Below, piece by piece: positions 1 to 6,694 of a stretch of 64,000 bases of DNA (position 1 is its first letter; each line of letters starts with the position of its first letter). The position numbers were made by a program, and so were the translations under genes. The notes under the pieces were generated by a model. That model was not told the DNA's origin and searched no databases. It was given only the letters and a program-made list of their open reading frames with translations. Origin of the DNA: an uncultured Methylococcaceae bacterium (GTDB lineage: Bacteria; Pseudomonadota; Gammaproteobacteria; Methylococcales; Methylomonadaceae); the NCBI GenBank assembly GCA_903859415.1, contig CAIOMN010000187.1:2837-66836 (forward strand), given 5' to 3'.

Positions 1-1663
1 GAAAAAAGAAGCTATTTGAGAAAGGTGTGGTTTGTTGATCTGTTTGAAAATCGTTTGCCAAGGTATTCATCACTACTTTACCGTCAACGACTGCCTTACC
101 CCAGGGCATTGCCCATTCTAAATGTTGACCACCCGGTTTCCAAACCCTAACCGCCACCGAATCGCGTCCGGTTTTATCCTTTGCTACGTCATCTAATAAA
201 TGATGGGCATCACCCAATACTTTACCCAACGGCATTTTGATATGGGCGTATTCTATCGCCGCCGAGATAGTGGTTTTAATCTCAGGTAAACTTTTATCCT
301 CTAAAGCCACTTTAACAAAGCTATCTTGATAATGTTCGCGTACTGCATAAGCGCAATTAAGAGCATGTTCTAACGGTAGTAAAGCTAATACATCATCGCC
401 CCCTGCATAGATTAAGAAACCACTGTGATCTTCAACTATTTTATTTACTCCCTGAGTAAATTTTTCTAAGCCTTTACTAATCGCGGCTTGTTTTTGGGCG
501 TCGCTCATTTGCTTACCCAGAGAATCACCATCCATCATTAACACGGCATAAAAGGGACTCACCGGTTCTAAGGCAACTCCTACTCTCAGCTCATTGGTTT
601 TGGTGAGCAGTTTTTTAAGCGCCTTCTTAACCACCTGAGCTTGCCTCTGATCTTCATAGACAGTCTTATTATCTAAAGCGGCCTCAAAAAACACATTACC
701 ATCCAGACTTTTGGTATCCCACAATATTTTTTTATCGTTATGATCAAATAAGACTTTATCAATACAATCAAGGCGCGTGTCATATTCACCATAGCTTTGT
801 GTTAGTTTTTTGGCTGCATCATGAAAGACTTTTAATTCTGCTTCCGGTGCATCGGTTAACACCTTAGCCAACCAAGGAGCCGCCGCCATATAAGCCACTG
901 AAGGCACAGACGATTTAACCCCCCAACCGTGTAAAGTCCAAGCACCCGGCATAGCCACTTTAACCTCAGCAAAGCAACGGGCAAAGCGCCGCTTTATAAA
1001 AGCAATCGCACACAGATATTCATGTTTCCGTAAGTCCGTCGCTATGCCTTGATTACCTTGTTGTCGTAAACCGTCCCAAAAAGCCTCTAAGCCTTTTACA
1101 TTGGGTGTGGTGATGCCAGATAACTCTTGCCACCCGTCCATCATCATGCACTTAACACCCGCTTCTTCAGGCGGTAAATAATTACGCCAGTTCTTGCGTC
1201 GATCTAACAAATTACTTTCGGTTTCATCGTTTGATAACGCCCAACTTATTTCCCAAAAAGCATTCACTTGCCTATCCCAAATAGCACGGGTTGCTGCTGG
1301 GCAATCTTTTAAATCCTGTTGCCATACTTGCTCGGCTAACGCTTTCCAAGCTAACTGAATACTAGCGACTACATCTTCTGGCTTAAAATCAGCGGGTACT
1401 TTTGCTAAGCCGCCCTTAAAACGATTCGGCACACAACCTTGACTAGGTGCTTTGCGTTGGCCTTTATTTTCTAACCAAGCTAAATAATCATTATCAACGG
1501 TTGGAAAGATAATCTCACCGCCTTGCTTAATAACCGCTTGCATAGCCACAGCCGATAACCAAGACAACAAAAAAGAACCTGCCCAAAAGTCACGAGTACG
1601 ACGTGCTTGAGCCACAAAGCTTTGCACTGGCCCTAAGGTAAAATGAAAGTATTGTTGACTCAT
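1..1663 (-). CDS. cmr2: Cas10/Cmr2 large subunit of a type III-B CRISPR-Cas complex (N-terminal ~554 codons; C-terminus lies beyond the left edge)
   Basis: Not in the ORF track because no stop falls in the window. Hand translation of the minus strand from the ATG at 1663-1661 stays open to position 1: MSQQYFHFTLGPVQSFVAQARRTRDFWAGSFLLSWL...VLMMDGDSLGKQM...FLIYAGGDDVLALLP. The GGDD cyclase motif is encoded at 392-403. ATGA start/stop overlap with cmr1 at 1660-1663. Confidence 0.85.
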   Translation of the reverse strand, partial: MSQQYFHFTLGPVQSFVAQARRTRDFWAGSFLLSWLSAVAMQAVIKQGGEIIFPTVDNDYLAWLENKGQRKAPSQGCVPNRFKGGLAKVPADFKPEDVVASIQLAWKALAEQVWQQDLKDCPAATRAIWDRQVNAFWEISWALSNDETESNLLDRRKNWRNYLPPEEAGVKCMMMDGWQELSGITTPNVKGLEAFWDGLRQQGNQGIATDLRKHEYLCAIAFIKRRFARCFAEVKVAMPGAWTLHGWGVKSSVPSVAYMAAAPWLAKVLTDAPEAELKVFHDAAKKLTQSYGEYDTRLDCIDKVLFDHNDKKILWDTKSLDGNVFFEAALDNKTVYEDQRQAQVVKKALKKLLTKTNELRVGVALEPVSPFYAVLMMDGDSLGKQMSDAQKQAAISKGLEKFTQGVNKIVEDHSGFLIYAGGDDVLALLPLEHALNCAYAVREHYQDSFVKVALEDKSLPEIKTTISAAIEYAHIKMPLGKVLGDAHHLLDDVAKDKTGRDSVAVRVWKPGGQHLEWAMPWGKAVVDGKVVMNTLANDFQTDQQTTPFSNSFFF

Positions 1664-2835
1664 ACAATGCGCTCCCTGTTGTTAAAGCGTTCCAAATAAT
1701 TTGTTATGTCCTTCCAGTCAATGTCACATGGAATGGATTTTGTTCTGTGATTCCTTTTTAACTGAATATTCTCACCCACTGGTAAAAATTGGGCTGGTAG
1801 CAGGGTCTGAACGGCAAGACAGTCCCCTGTAGGAAACTGATGAATATGAATTAATAAGGGTGACGCACGTCGGCCAAAAACTTCGCCATTAACATCAGCA
1901 TTCCCCACGTCATTAGAAAAAAAGTAATTATGGGGTAAGCCAAATACTACACGCTTTGGATGCTGTGTAATGGGTTGATTTTGAATAAATCTATAAACAA
2001 TATCATGATCTTCTTTAAATTTCTGTTCAGCATCCTGTCCGTTAATCTTGTGCCCATTACCTTGATTTTGACCATAACTCCGATACATTTGCATCTGTGC
2101 ACCGACCGACGTTAATAAACCCTCTGCATTAGTTGATTCCTCAGAAATATGAATTTGAGTCAGTTGAGAAAATGCCGTAAAAGGTGGTAAAGAAGTTGGA
2201 ATATTAGTTAACAACTCAGATAAACAATGTTTAAAAGTTTCCTTGTTATGTGGTATTGATATTTGTTCAATCTGCTTCTCTGTATTGGTATAAGTCAATG
2301 CCTTAATGGCCACCGAACCCCAACCTCGACGAGCACGACTTCCTAAACCACCCAATAAACCAAACAACAGCAAAGCTTTTTTTATACTACTGGCATCCAC
2401 ATCATCATTTAACTTTAAAACGACTTTAAATGATTGATTGACTGTAATTGAAGCATGTAAATCATATTGTTTAAAATGATAAAGTCCTTGCCCTAAAAGG
2501 TATACTTGACCAGAAGGACGAGCCGCTTTGTTGAGCGTGAATTTTAACCCTCCCACTTTACTCACTTTAACTTTCAAAAGTACTTTACCCTGTCCATAGG
2601 CCTCATCTTTAGCCGCTGCACCAAACAATTTAGCTTCTTGCCTATGCAAATCTATAAGTGCTGCACTTACATCTTGATTCAGTGAGTTTAAACATTCTCC
2701 CCACTGCAATGCTCGCCACCAAAAACGTAACGCGCCTTTAACCGAAGGCGGTCTTATTTCTGGTGCCTCTTGCTTATCGCCACCCCCAATAAACATCGGT
2801 GTCACTATGTTGTAATCTGCTTCAATAATTTGCAT
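1660..2835 (-). CDS. cmr1: Cmr1 RAMP subunit (type III-B)
   Basis: 391-aa ORF. N-terminal RAMP signature PSVKGALRFWWRA and glycine-rich loop GGLGSRARRGWGS. Directly upstream of cas10/cmr2 and translationally coupled to it. Confidence 0.8.
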   Translation of the reverse strand: MQIIEADYNIVTPMFIGGGDKQEAPEIRPPSVKGALRFWWRALQWGECLNSLNQDVSAALIDLHRQEAKLFGAAAKDEAYGQGKVLLKVKVSKVGGLKFTLNKAARPSGQVYLLGQGLYHFKQYDLHASITVNQSFKVVLKLNDDVDASSIKKALLLFGLLGGLGSRARRGWGSVAIKALTYTNTEKQIEQISIPHNKETFKHCLSELLTNIPTSLPPFTAFSQLTQIHISEESTNAEGLLTSVGAQMQMYRSYGQNQGNGHKINGQDAEQKFKEDHDIVYRFIQNQPITQHPKRVVFGLPHNYFFSNDVGNADVNGEVFGRRASPLLIHIHQFPTGDCLAVQTLLPAQFLPVGENIQLKRNHRTKSIPCDIDWKDITNYLERFNNRERIV

Positions 2836-2862
2836 GGGTTATTGTGTCCTTTAGTGTTATGG

Positions 2863-4068
2863 CTACATTGTAGGGAGTAGTTTCTCAAACAACTCAGAGA
2901 GCTTCTGTTTTAAATGAGCTTCTGATGATAATATTTTCTGTACCTCTGCCATATTTGATCGATTTGCATGTGCTAAAGAATTACGAATATTGCTCAACAA
3001 TTTATAATCAGGCCACTTTATCGGGTCTGCGATACTTTTAAGGTTCGTTCTTATTTCATCACGCAACTCATAATTCTCTGGATCAGCATGCGGTGTTTTT
3101 TGTTTGAGATGATAAGTGATTAAAGCCTCGTACCCCATAGCAGCAGCCCTGACATAATCACTCCGCTGTAAATAAAACAATGCTTTCTCACGTTGCCGTA
3201 AATAAATATTGTCCTGATTAACCCAACTGATACGCTCTCTTAAACTGTCCTGAAACAAGCTGGCAATGCCCGGCAATTCACCGGCTGTATTTGTTGCAAA
3301 ATTGCGTAATGGCTTACGTGCCTGAGTTACGCTTAAGGTATTTTCATAAAAAGAAGCTGTTTTTAATAAGCCTGCCGTGTTGGGTGATAGTCCTTCTTGT
3401 ATTAACAGCTCACTAAAGGGCGCTATGTCACCCGTTTTATCAAAACCATGTAACGCCGTAATCCAGTCAGCAATCTTTAGCAAACCATCCAGTCTCATCA
3501 CAGGGGTAAGGGGCTTATCATCTTTGCTTGTACGATCCATCGCGCCATAATATATACCTTTTATGTCTACTTTTTTGGCAGTCTGTAAATACATCGCACT
3601 TAATAAGCCCAGCATGGGTAAGTGTCTTAAACCATGCGTTAAATCCAGCGATACCTGATCACCGATACCAATGTCTTTCGCCATGATTTTTAATATTTCT
3701 ACTTGCGTTGAGGTACTATCACCGTAAGGTATCAGGTTTAAGTGGCAATCAACACCCAAGCGCTCTTTTAATAACGCTTCACAGGCGGTTAATTGCGCTT
3801 GTGTAACCTGATCACGTTCAACGGCATCCATTAATTCTAACTTTTGCTCTTCATAGTCTTGAGCACTAGCAAAACTGTCAAATAGCACATCCCACATACT
3901 ACCCGACGTCCCTAACAAGACCAGTCGGTCAGGCTTTATAACATTGTTAAGACCCAGTGAGAAAAACTGAGTCGTTTCAATGTATCCATCAAAATCATAA
4001 TTGGCTGTGCTGTAACAGCCATCTCTTTTTTGTGATTTTCCTAAAAAACCGATCAACGTATGAGTCAT
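2863..4068 (-). CDS. csx1: Csx1-family CARF-HEPN effector (DxTHG-motif CRISPR-associated protein, TM1812-like)
   Basis: 401-aa ORF. N-terminal LIGFLGKS... CARF-like start, DxTHG motif (SLDLTHGLRHLP), and C-terminal HEPN R-x4-H motif (NIRNSLAHANR). Sits 27 nt upstream of cmr1. Confidence 0.8.
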   Translation of the reverse strand: MTHTLIGFLGKSQKRDGCYSTANYDFDGYIETTQFFSLGLNNVIKPDRLVLLGTSGSMWDVLFDSFASAQDYEEQKLELMDAVERDQVTQAQLTACEALLKERLGVDCHLNLIPYGDSTSTQVEILKIMAKDIGIGDQVSLDLTHGLRHLPMLGLLSAMYLQTAKKVDIKGIYYGAMDRTSKDDKPLTPVMRLDGLLKIADWITALHGFDKTGDIAPFSELLIQEGLSPNTAGLLKTASFYENTLSVTQARKPLRNFATNTAGELPGIASLFQDSLRERISWVNQDNIYLRQREKALFYLQRSDYVRAAAMGYEALITYHLKQKTPHADPENYELRDEIRTNLKSIADPIKWPDYKLLSNIRNSLAHANRSNMAEVQKILSSEAHLKQKLSELFEKLLPTM

Positions 4069-4166
4069 ATTATTTCCGCTCCGGTACTCACTTCATAGGT
4101 TCCGGTGATTTGTTTTGAGAGATCATGGTAGATTTTTCCCGCTGATATTGCTTTTTCAATAGTCAT
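4065..4166 (-). CDS. 33-codon mini-ORF (MTIEKAISAGKIYHDLSKQITGTYEVSTGAEII) overlapping the csx1 start by ATGA; possible leader peptide or small protein
   Basis: Hand-read. The ATG at 4166-4164 is preceded by AAAGGA about 8 nt upstream. The stop TGA at 4067-4065 overlaps the csx1 ATG at 4068-4066. Its first three codons (MTI) and RBS belong to the duplicated cassette. No homology evidence. Confidence 0.3.
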   Translation of the reverse strand: MTIEKAISAGKIYHDLSKQITGTYEVSTGAEII

Positions 4167-4242
4167 TGCTAAATTCCTTTAATTTAAAAAAATGTATTAA
4201 ATCACAACTGATACACTCAAAATAGGCATACAAATTTGTTTG
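4158..4242 (-). promoter_or_regulatory. Promoter/operator cassette copy 1 (upstream of mini-ORF, csx1, cmr1, cmr2)
   Basis: About 85 bp, roughly 85 percent identical by eye to 5846-5931. Contains the palindrome ACAAATTTGT (4230-4239, extended ACAAATTTGTTTG), a possible sigma70 promoter on the minus strand (TTTTGA-17 nt-TAATAC), an AAAGGA RBS and an ATG. Confidence 0.5.
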
Positions 4243-4341
4243 TTTGGGTAAAGGCTGAAAATGGAATAATCACAGTCATTCAGAATAGAGCGATGCGCAT
4301 CACTATCGTTCAGCACATCCTATAGTTGTGATTATGACTAA

Positions 4342-5457
4342 CTAAATATACGTTATTTGTTCCTTTCGTAAATTCGTGGCATACAGCAAATAGTTGTTCT
4401 TGCCTGTACTTGCTATTTGGTAAGCACGAGCAAGGTTCTCCCCTAATGCATCGGCTAACTTAGAATTAATTCGCGATATTTTTTCAGAAAAAAAGTTGCT
4501 ATCCATCCCCCGTTGCAAAGCAGCAACTGTTTTAGCACCATCACCTTTCTTCCCTAAAATCTGCCTCCAAAGCACTAAGAACTGTTCACCATAGTCTGCA
4601 TTGGCTTCCATATTGGGTTTGTAAAGTACGCTTTCTGATAACACGGTTTGCTCAATCATCCAACAATAAAAAACAAAATAGATATTTGTTAAAGGCACCT
4701 CAACACCATTAGCCATCAGTTTTTTAGCGGTCTTATCAATAATCAGTTCAGGCGGAAGTTCAGCTTTTCTGGCTAAATTAATGGTTTCTAAAAACCCCGC
4801 CTTTCCATCTAATAATTTTTTCGGGATATCGTTTCTTAAGCGCACAAACGGAATTTCGGCCAGTGAAATTTCCGCAAGCTGTGTATCAAGCGGTCTGTTA
4901 TCGCGGGTATAAATCACTTTACTGTTTTTACTTGGATAATAAAACTCAGGATGGCCTTCATAGCCTTCAGATACCAGTACATGAGAGAGCCTGTCTTGGG
5001 TTCTGCCAAACAAAGAAAGTGCATAACCCAAATAATACCCCATGGTTTTGCGCCCCCCGGCTATCGACACATGAATCGCTGCGTCTTCTTCTTGCGTCAA
5101 CCCACTGACGACCTGAGTGATATAATCGGCTGCCGCTTCATTCTGCTCTGGACTTCTTATATCATCCAGAAGATCACCGTGATGATCAGCAATCACATGA
5201 ATATGGTGTTCATTAAACTGAATGGTCGGCATTTGGTATTCTTTACAGAAGGCCAGGAACTTACCGCTATCTAGATGCAACAAATCAAGCTTAGCCCGAT
5301 GCGCCCCTTCAATGGTAGATATTAAATGAACTTCGGTCGGAATAAAGGGCGTCTCAGACGCAATCGTTAGACCATACAGGGTTTCAGTGAGTATTTGCGG
5401 CGATAAGCCACTGACAGCAAGCAGGATTCTTTTTTTATATTCGTGTGGTTGTTTCAT
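4342..5457 (-). CDS. NE0113-family CRISPR-associated CARF-domain protein with a possible C-terminal winged-helix-like region
   Basis: 371-aa ORF. N-terminus KRILLAVSGLSPQILTETLYGL and SIAGGRKTMGYYLG resemble the Cas_NE0113 / CARF Rossmann-like core. Located in a cas operon. The C-terminal third has no nuclease motif I can recognise. Confidence 0.7.
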   Translation of the reverse strand: MKQPHEYKKRILLAVSGLSPQILTETLYGLTIASETPFIPTEVHLISTIEGAHRAKLDLLHLDSGKFLAFCKEYQMPTIQFNEHHIHVIADHHGDLLDDIRSPEQNEAAADYITQVVSGLTQEEDAAIHVSIAGGRKTMGYYLGYALSLFGRTQDRLSHVLVSEGYEGHPEFYYPSKNSKVIYTRDNRPLDTQLAEISLAEIPFVRLRNDIPKKLLDGKAGFLETINLARKAELPPELIIDKTAKKLMANGVEVPLTNIYFVFYCWMIEQTVLSESVLYKPNMEANADYGEQFLVLWRQILGKKGDGAKTVAALQRGMDSNFFSEKISRINSKLADALGENLARAYQIASTGKNNYLLYATNLRKEQITYI

Positions 5458-5498
5458 TTGCAGCCCTTTCTGTATTTTTTATTTTTCACAACACACCT

Positions 5499-5819
5499 TT
5501 ATGTCAATCGTGTCAATAATGCTAACTCAAAAGGCACGTGCATCATTTCTTGATCGTTTAATACCTTACCCTCGGGTAAGCGCTCTAATAAACGCAGAAT
5601 TAATGCTTTATCTCCAGCCTTCATAGTGACATGAATACGATTAATCTGAATATCCAGAGCCAATAGTTTAGCCAATAAATCCGCGCTAGCCGAATGACCA
5701 ATAGCTGAAATAAAGTGATCGCCCAAAACCTCTCTTGCCTGTTCTATCGAGAGTGGCCCTTCAAATCTCCAGTCCCCATAACTCGTTAAAACAGGCGTAT
5801 TAATAATGTATATTGTCAT
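5499..5819 (-). CDS. DUF1874-like protein (AcrIII-1 / Crn2, possibly Csx16 branch): candidate cyclic-oligoadenylate ring nuclease
   Basis: 106-aa ORF. Size and motif layout match my recollection of DUF1874: MTIYIINTPVLT..., SAIGHSASADLL with the conserved GH, INR, and RLLERLPEGKVL. It is the first gene of the NE0113 transcription unit in a type III locus. Confidence 0.6.
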   Translation of the reverse strand: MTIYIINTPVLTSYGDWRFEGPLSIEQAREVLGDHFISAIGHSASADLLAKLLALDIQINRIHVTMKAGDKALILRLLERLPEGKVLNDQEMMHVPFELALLTRLT

Positions 5820-5845
5820 AATTTACTCTTGCACAGACTTTTTAA

Positions 5846-5931
5846 AATAGTCATCGCTAAATACCTTTAATTTAAAAAACAAGCATTACATCACAACTGA
5901 TACACCAGCAATAGGCATACAAATTTGTTTG
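5846..5931 (-). promoter_or_regulatory. Promoter/operator cassette copy 2 (upstream of 12-codon mini-ORF, DUF1874 gene, NE0113 gene)
   Basis: Paralog of 4158-4242. Palindrome ACAAATTTGT at 5919-5928; candidate promoter TTGCTG-17 nt-TAATGC on the minus strand. The ATG at 5854-5852 opens a 12-codon ORF (MTILKSLCKSKL) whose TGA (5818-5816) overlaps the ATG of the DUF1874 gene. Confidence 0.5.
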
Positions 5932-5993
5932 CCTTAGTAACAGTCCCAACCCACAAAACTATTAAACCACACCCCAATACAGGACCCTTCTTT

Positions 5994-6007
5994 AACAAAT
6001 TTGTTTG
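5994..6007. promoter_or_regulatory. Third copy of the AACAAATTTGTT(TG) palindromic operator-like motif
   Basis: AACAAATTTGTT is a perfect 12-bp palindrome at 5994-6005. It shares ACAAATTTGTTTG with the sites at 4230-4242 and 5919-5931. Confidence 0.4.
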
Positions 6008-6112
6008 TTCTGTGGAAGATATGCAAAGCGAACGGATCTGAATAATTACAAAAAAATGTTGGATGATGTAAACAAGATTGAGTTAATAGTAGACCTATAC
6101 CTAACCACAGCT

Positions 6113-6493
6113 AACGAACACTAGTTTGCTCTAAACCCTAACAGGTATGCACTCAGAGGAAAGACGTCCAGAATGGACGAGTCAATGTTTCGAGTAAACA
6201 AGTATTAGTTTGCAACAAACAAGGTCTTGTTTGCTCTAAACAGGGTTCCTTTTACTACAAACAAGACCTAGAACGCCCATTTTCTGGCTTACTGATGACC
6301 TTGCATCCAGTCGATAACTCTAAAATGATCTCTCCTATGAGTAAACAAGGTCTTGTTTACTCTAAAAGTGATCTTGTTTGCGACAAGAAGAACCTTTTCT
6401 GTCTTAAACAAGATCTTGTTTGTTACAGAAAGGGGCTTGTTTGCCATAAAAGAGTCCTTGTTTACGCCATTCTTACCCCATCTTAAGACAGTT
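6113..6493. repeat. Array of AAACAAG/CTTGTTT half-sites: perfect 16-bp palindromes plus a phased 21-bp degenerate tandem repeat
   Basis: Perfect palindromes AAACAAG-NN-CTTGTTT at 6217-6232, 6343-6358 and 6406-6421. Six contiguous 21-bp units lie at 6347-6472 (consensus aaGnTCTTGTTTgCnnnAAAa) and three more at 6200-6262. A degenerate copy lies at 6113-6136. Confidence 0.75.
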
Positions 6494-6694
6494 CAAACTC
6501 TAAAAAGACCCTTAAAGTACCGGTTAAAATCTAACACTAAATATATTTCAAAAATAATCCATTTATATCGTACTTTAAATTTATAAAGGGCTATACTGGT
6601 TTGCGTAGCACTTAGAATCATCTATTTGTTACGAGGGGATTGAATAGGATTTCGATACATTACGCCTGTTTTTCAGGCAATCGCAGAGGGATTT

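Noticed and set aside
4266-4335. 9-bp inverted repeat ATAATCACA / TGTGATTAT enclosing the palindrome GATGCGCATC, considered as the terminator of the NE0113 gene
   Set aside because: The arms are 52 nt apart, the inner palindrome leaves almost no loop, and no U-tract follows on the minus strand. It may still be a protein-binding site, but I cannot support it as a terminator.
4863-5626. Plus-strand ORFs of 79-107 aa (4863-5108, 4951-5274, 5387-5626) inside or antisense to the NE0113 and DUF1874 genes
   Set aside because: These are shadow ORFs antisense to well-supported genes, with low-complexity, Cys/His-rich products and no RBS. The same reasoning applies to the other short antisense or overlapping ORFs in the track, e.g. 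6984-7287, 7653-9239, 11331-11582, 15023-15978, 16353-16565, 17839-18513, 18949-19155, 20704-20916, 21464-21679, 22335-22577, 24088-24363, 25709-25900, 27463-27651, 28660-28987, 32015-32233, 34374-34583, 37280-37504, 38764-39087, 40659-41387, 44498-44752, 45807-46016, 46653-46877, 50675-51091, 53825-54530, 56163-56390, 56992-57189, 58061-58291, 59028-59219, 59561-59752, 60838-61029 and 62200-62675.
6295-6486. 63-aa ORF with a striking heptad-like peptide repeat (GLVYSKS DLVCDKK NLFCLKQ DLVCYRK GLVCHKR), plus the overlapping 77-aa ORF at 6353-6586
   Set aside because: The 7-residue periodicity is simply the 21-bp DNA repeat read in frame. There is no Shine-Dalgarno before either ATG. The repeat units contain palindromic protein-binding-like sites, and the two ORFs overlap each other in different frames. 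I treat this as non-coding.
5932-6694. Possible CRISPR array or leader next to the cas genes
   Set aside because: The repeats here are 21 bp, contiguous and degenerate, with no unique spacers of 30-40 bp. No 28-37-bp repeat recurs at regular spacing. This is not a CRISPR array.
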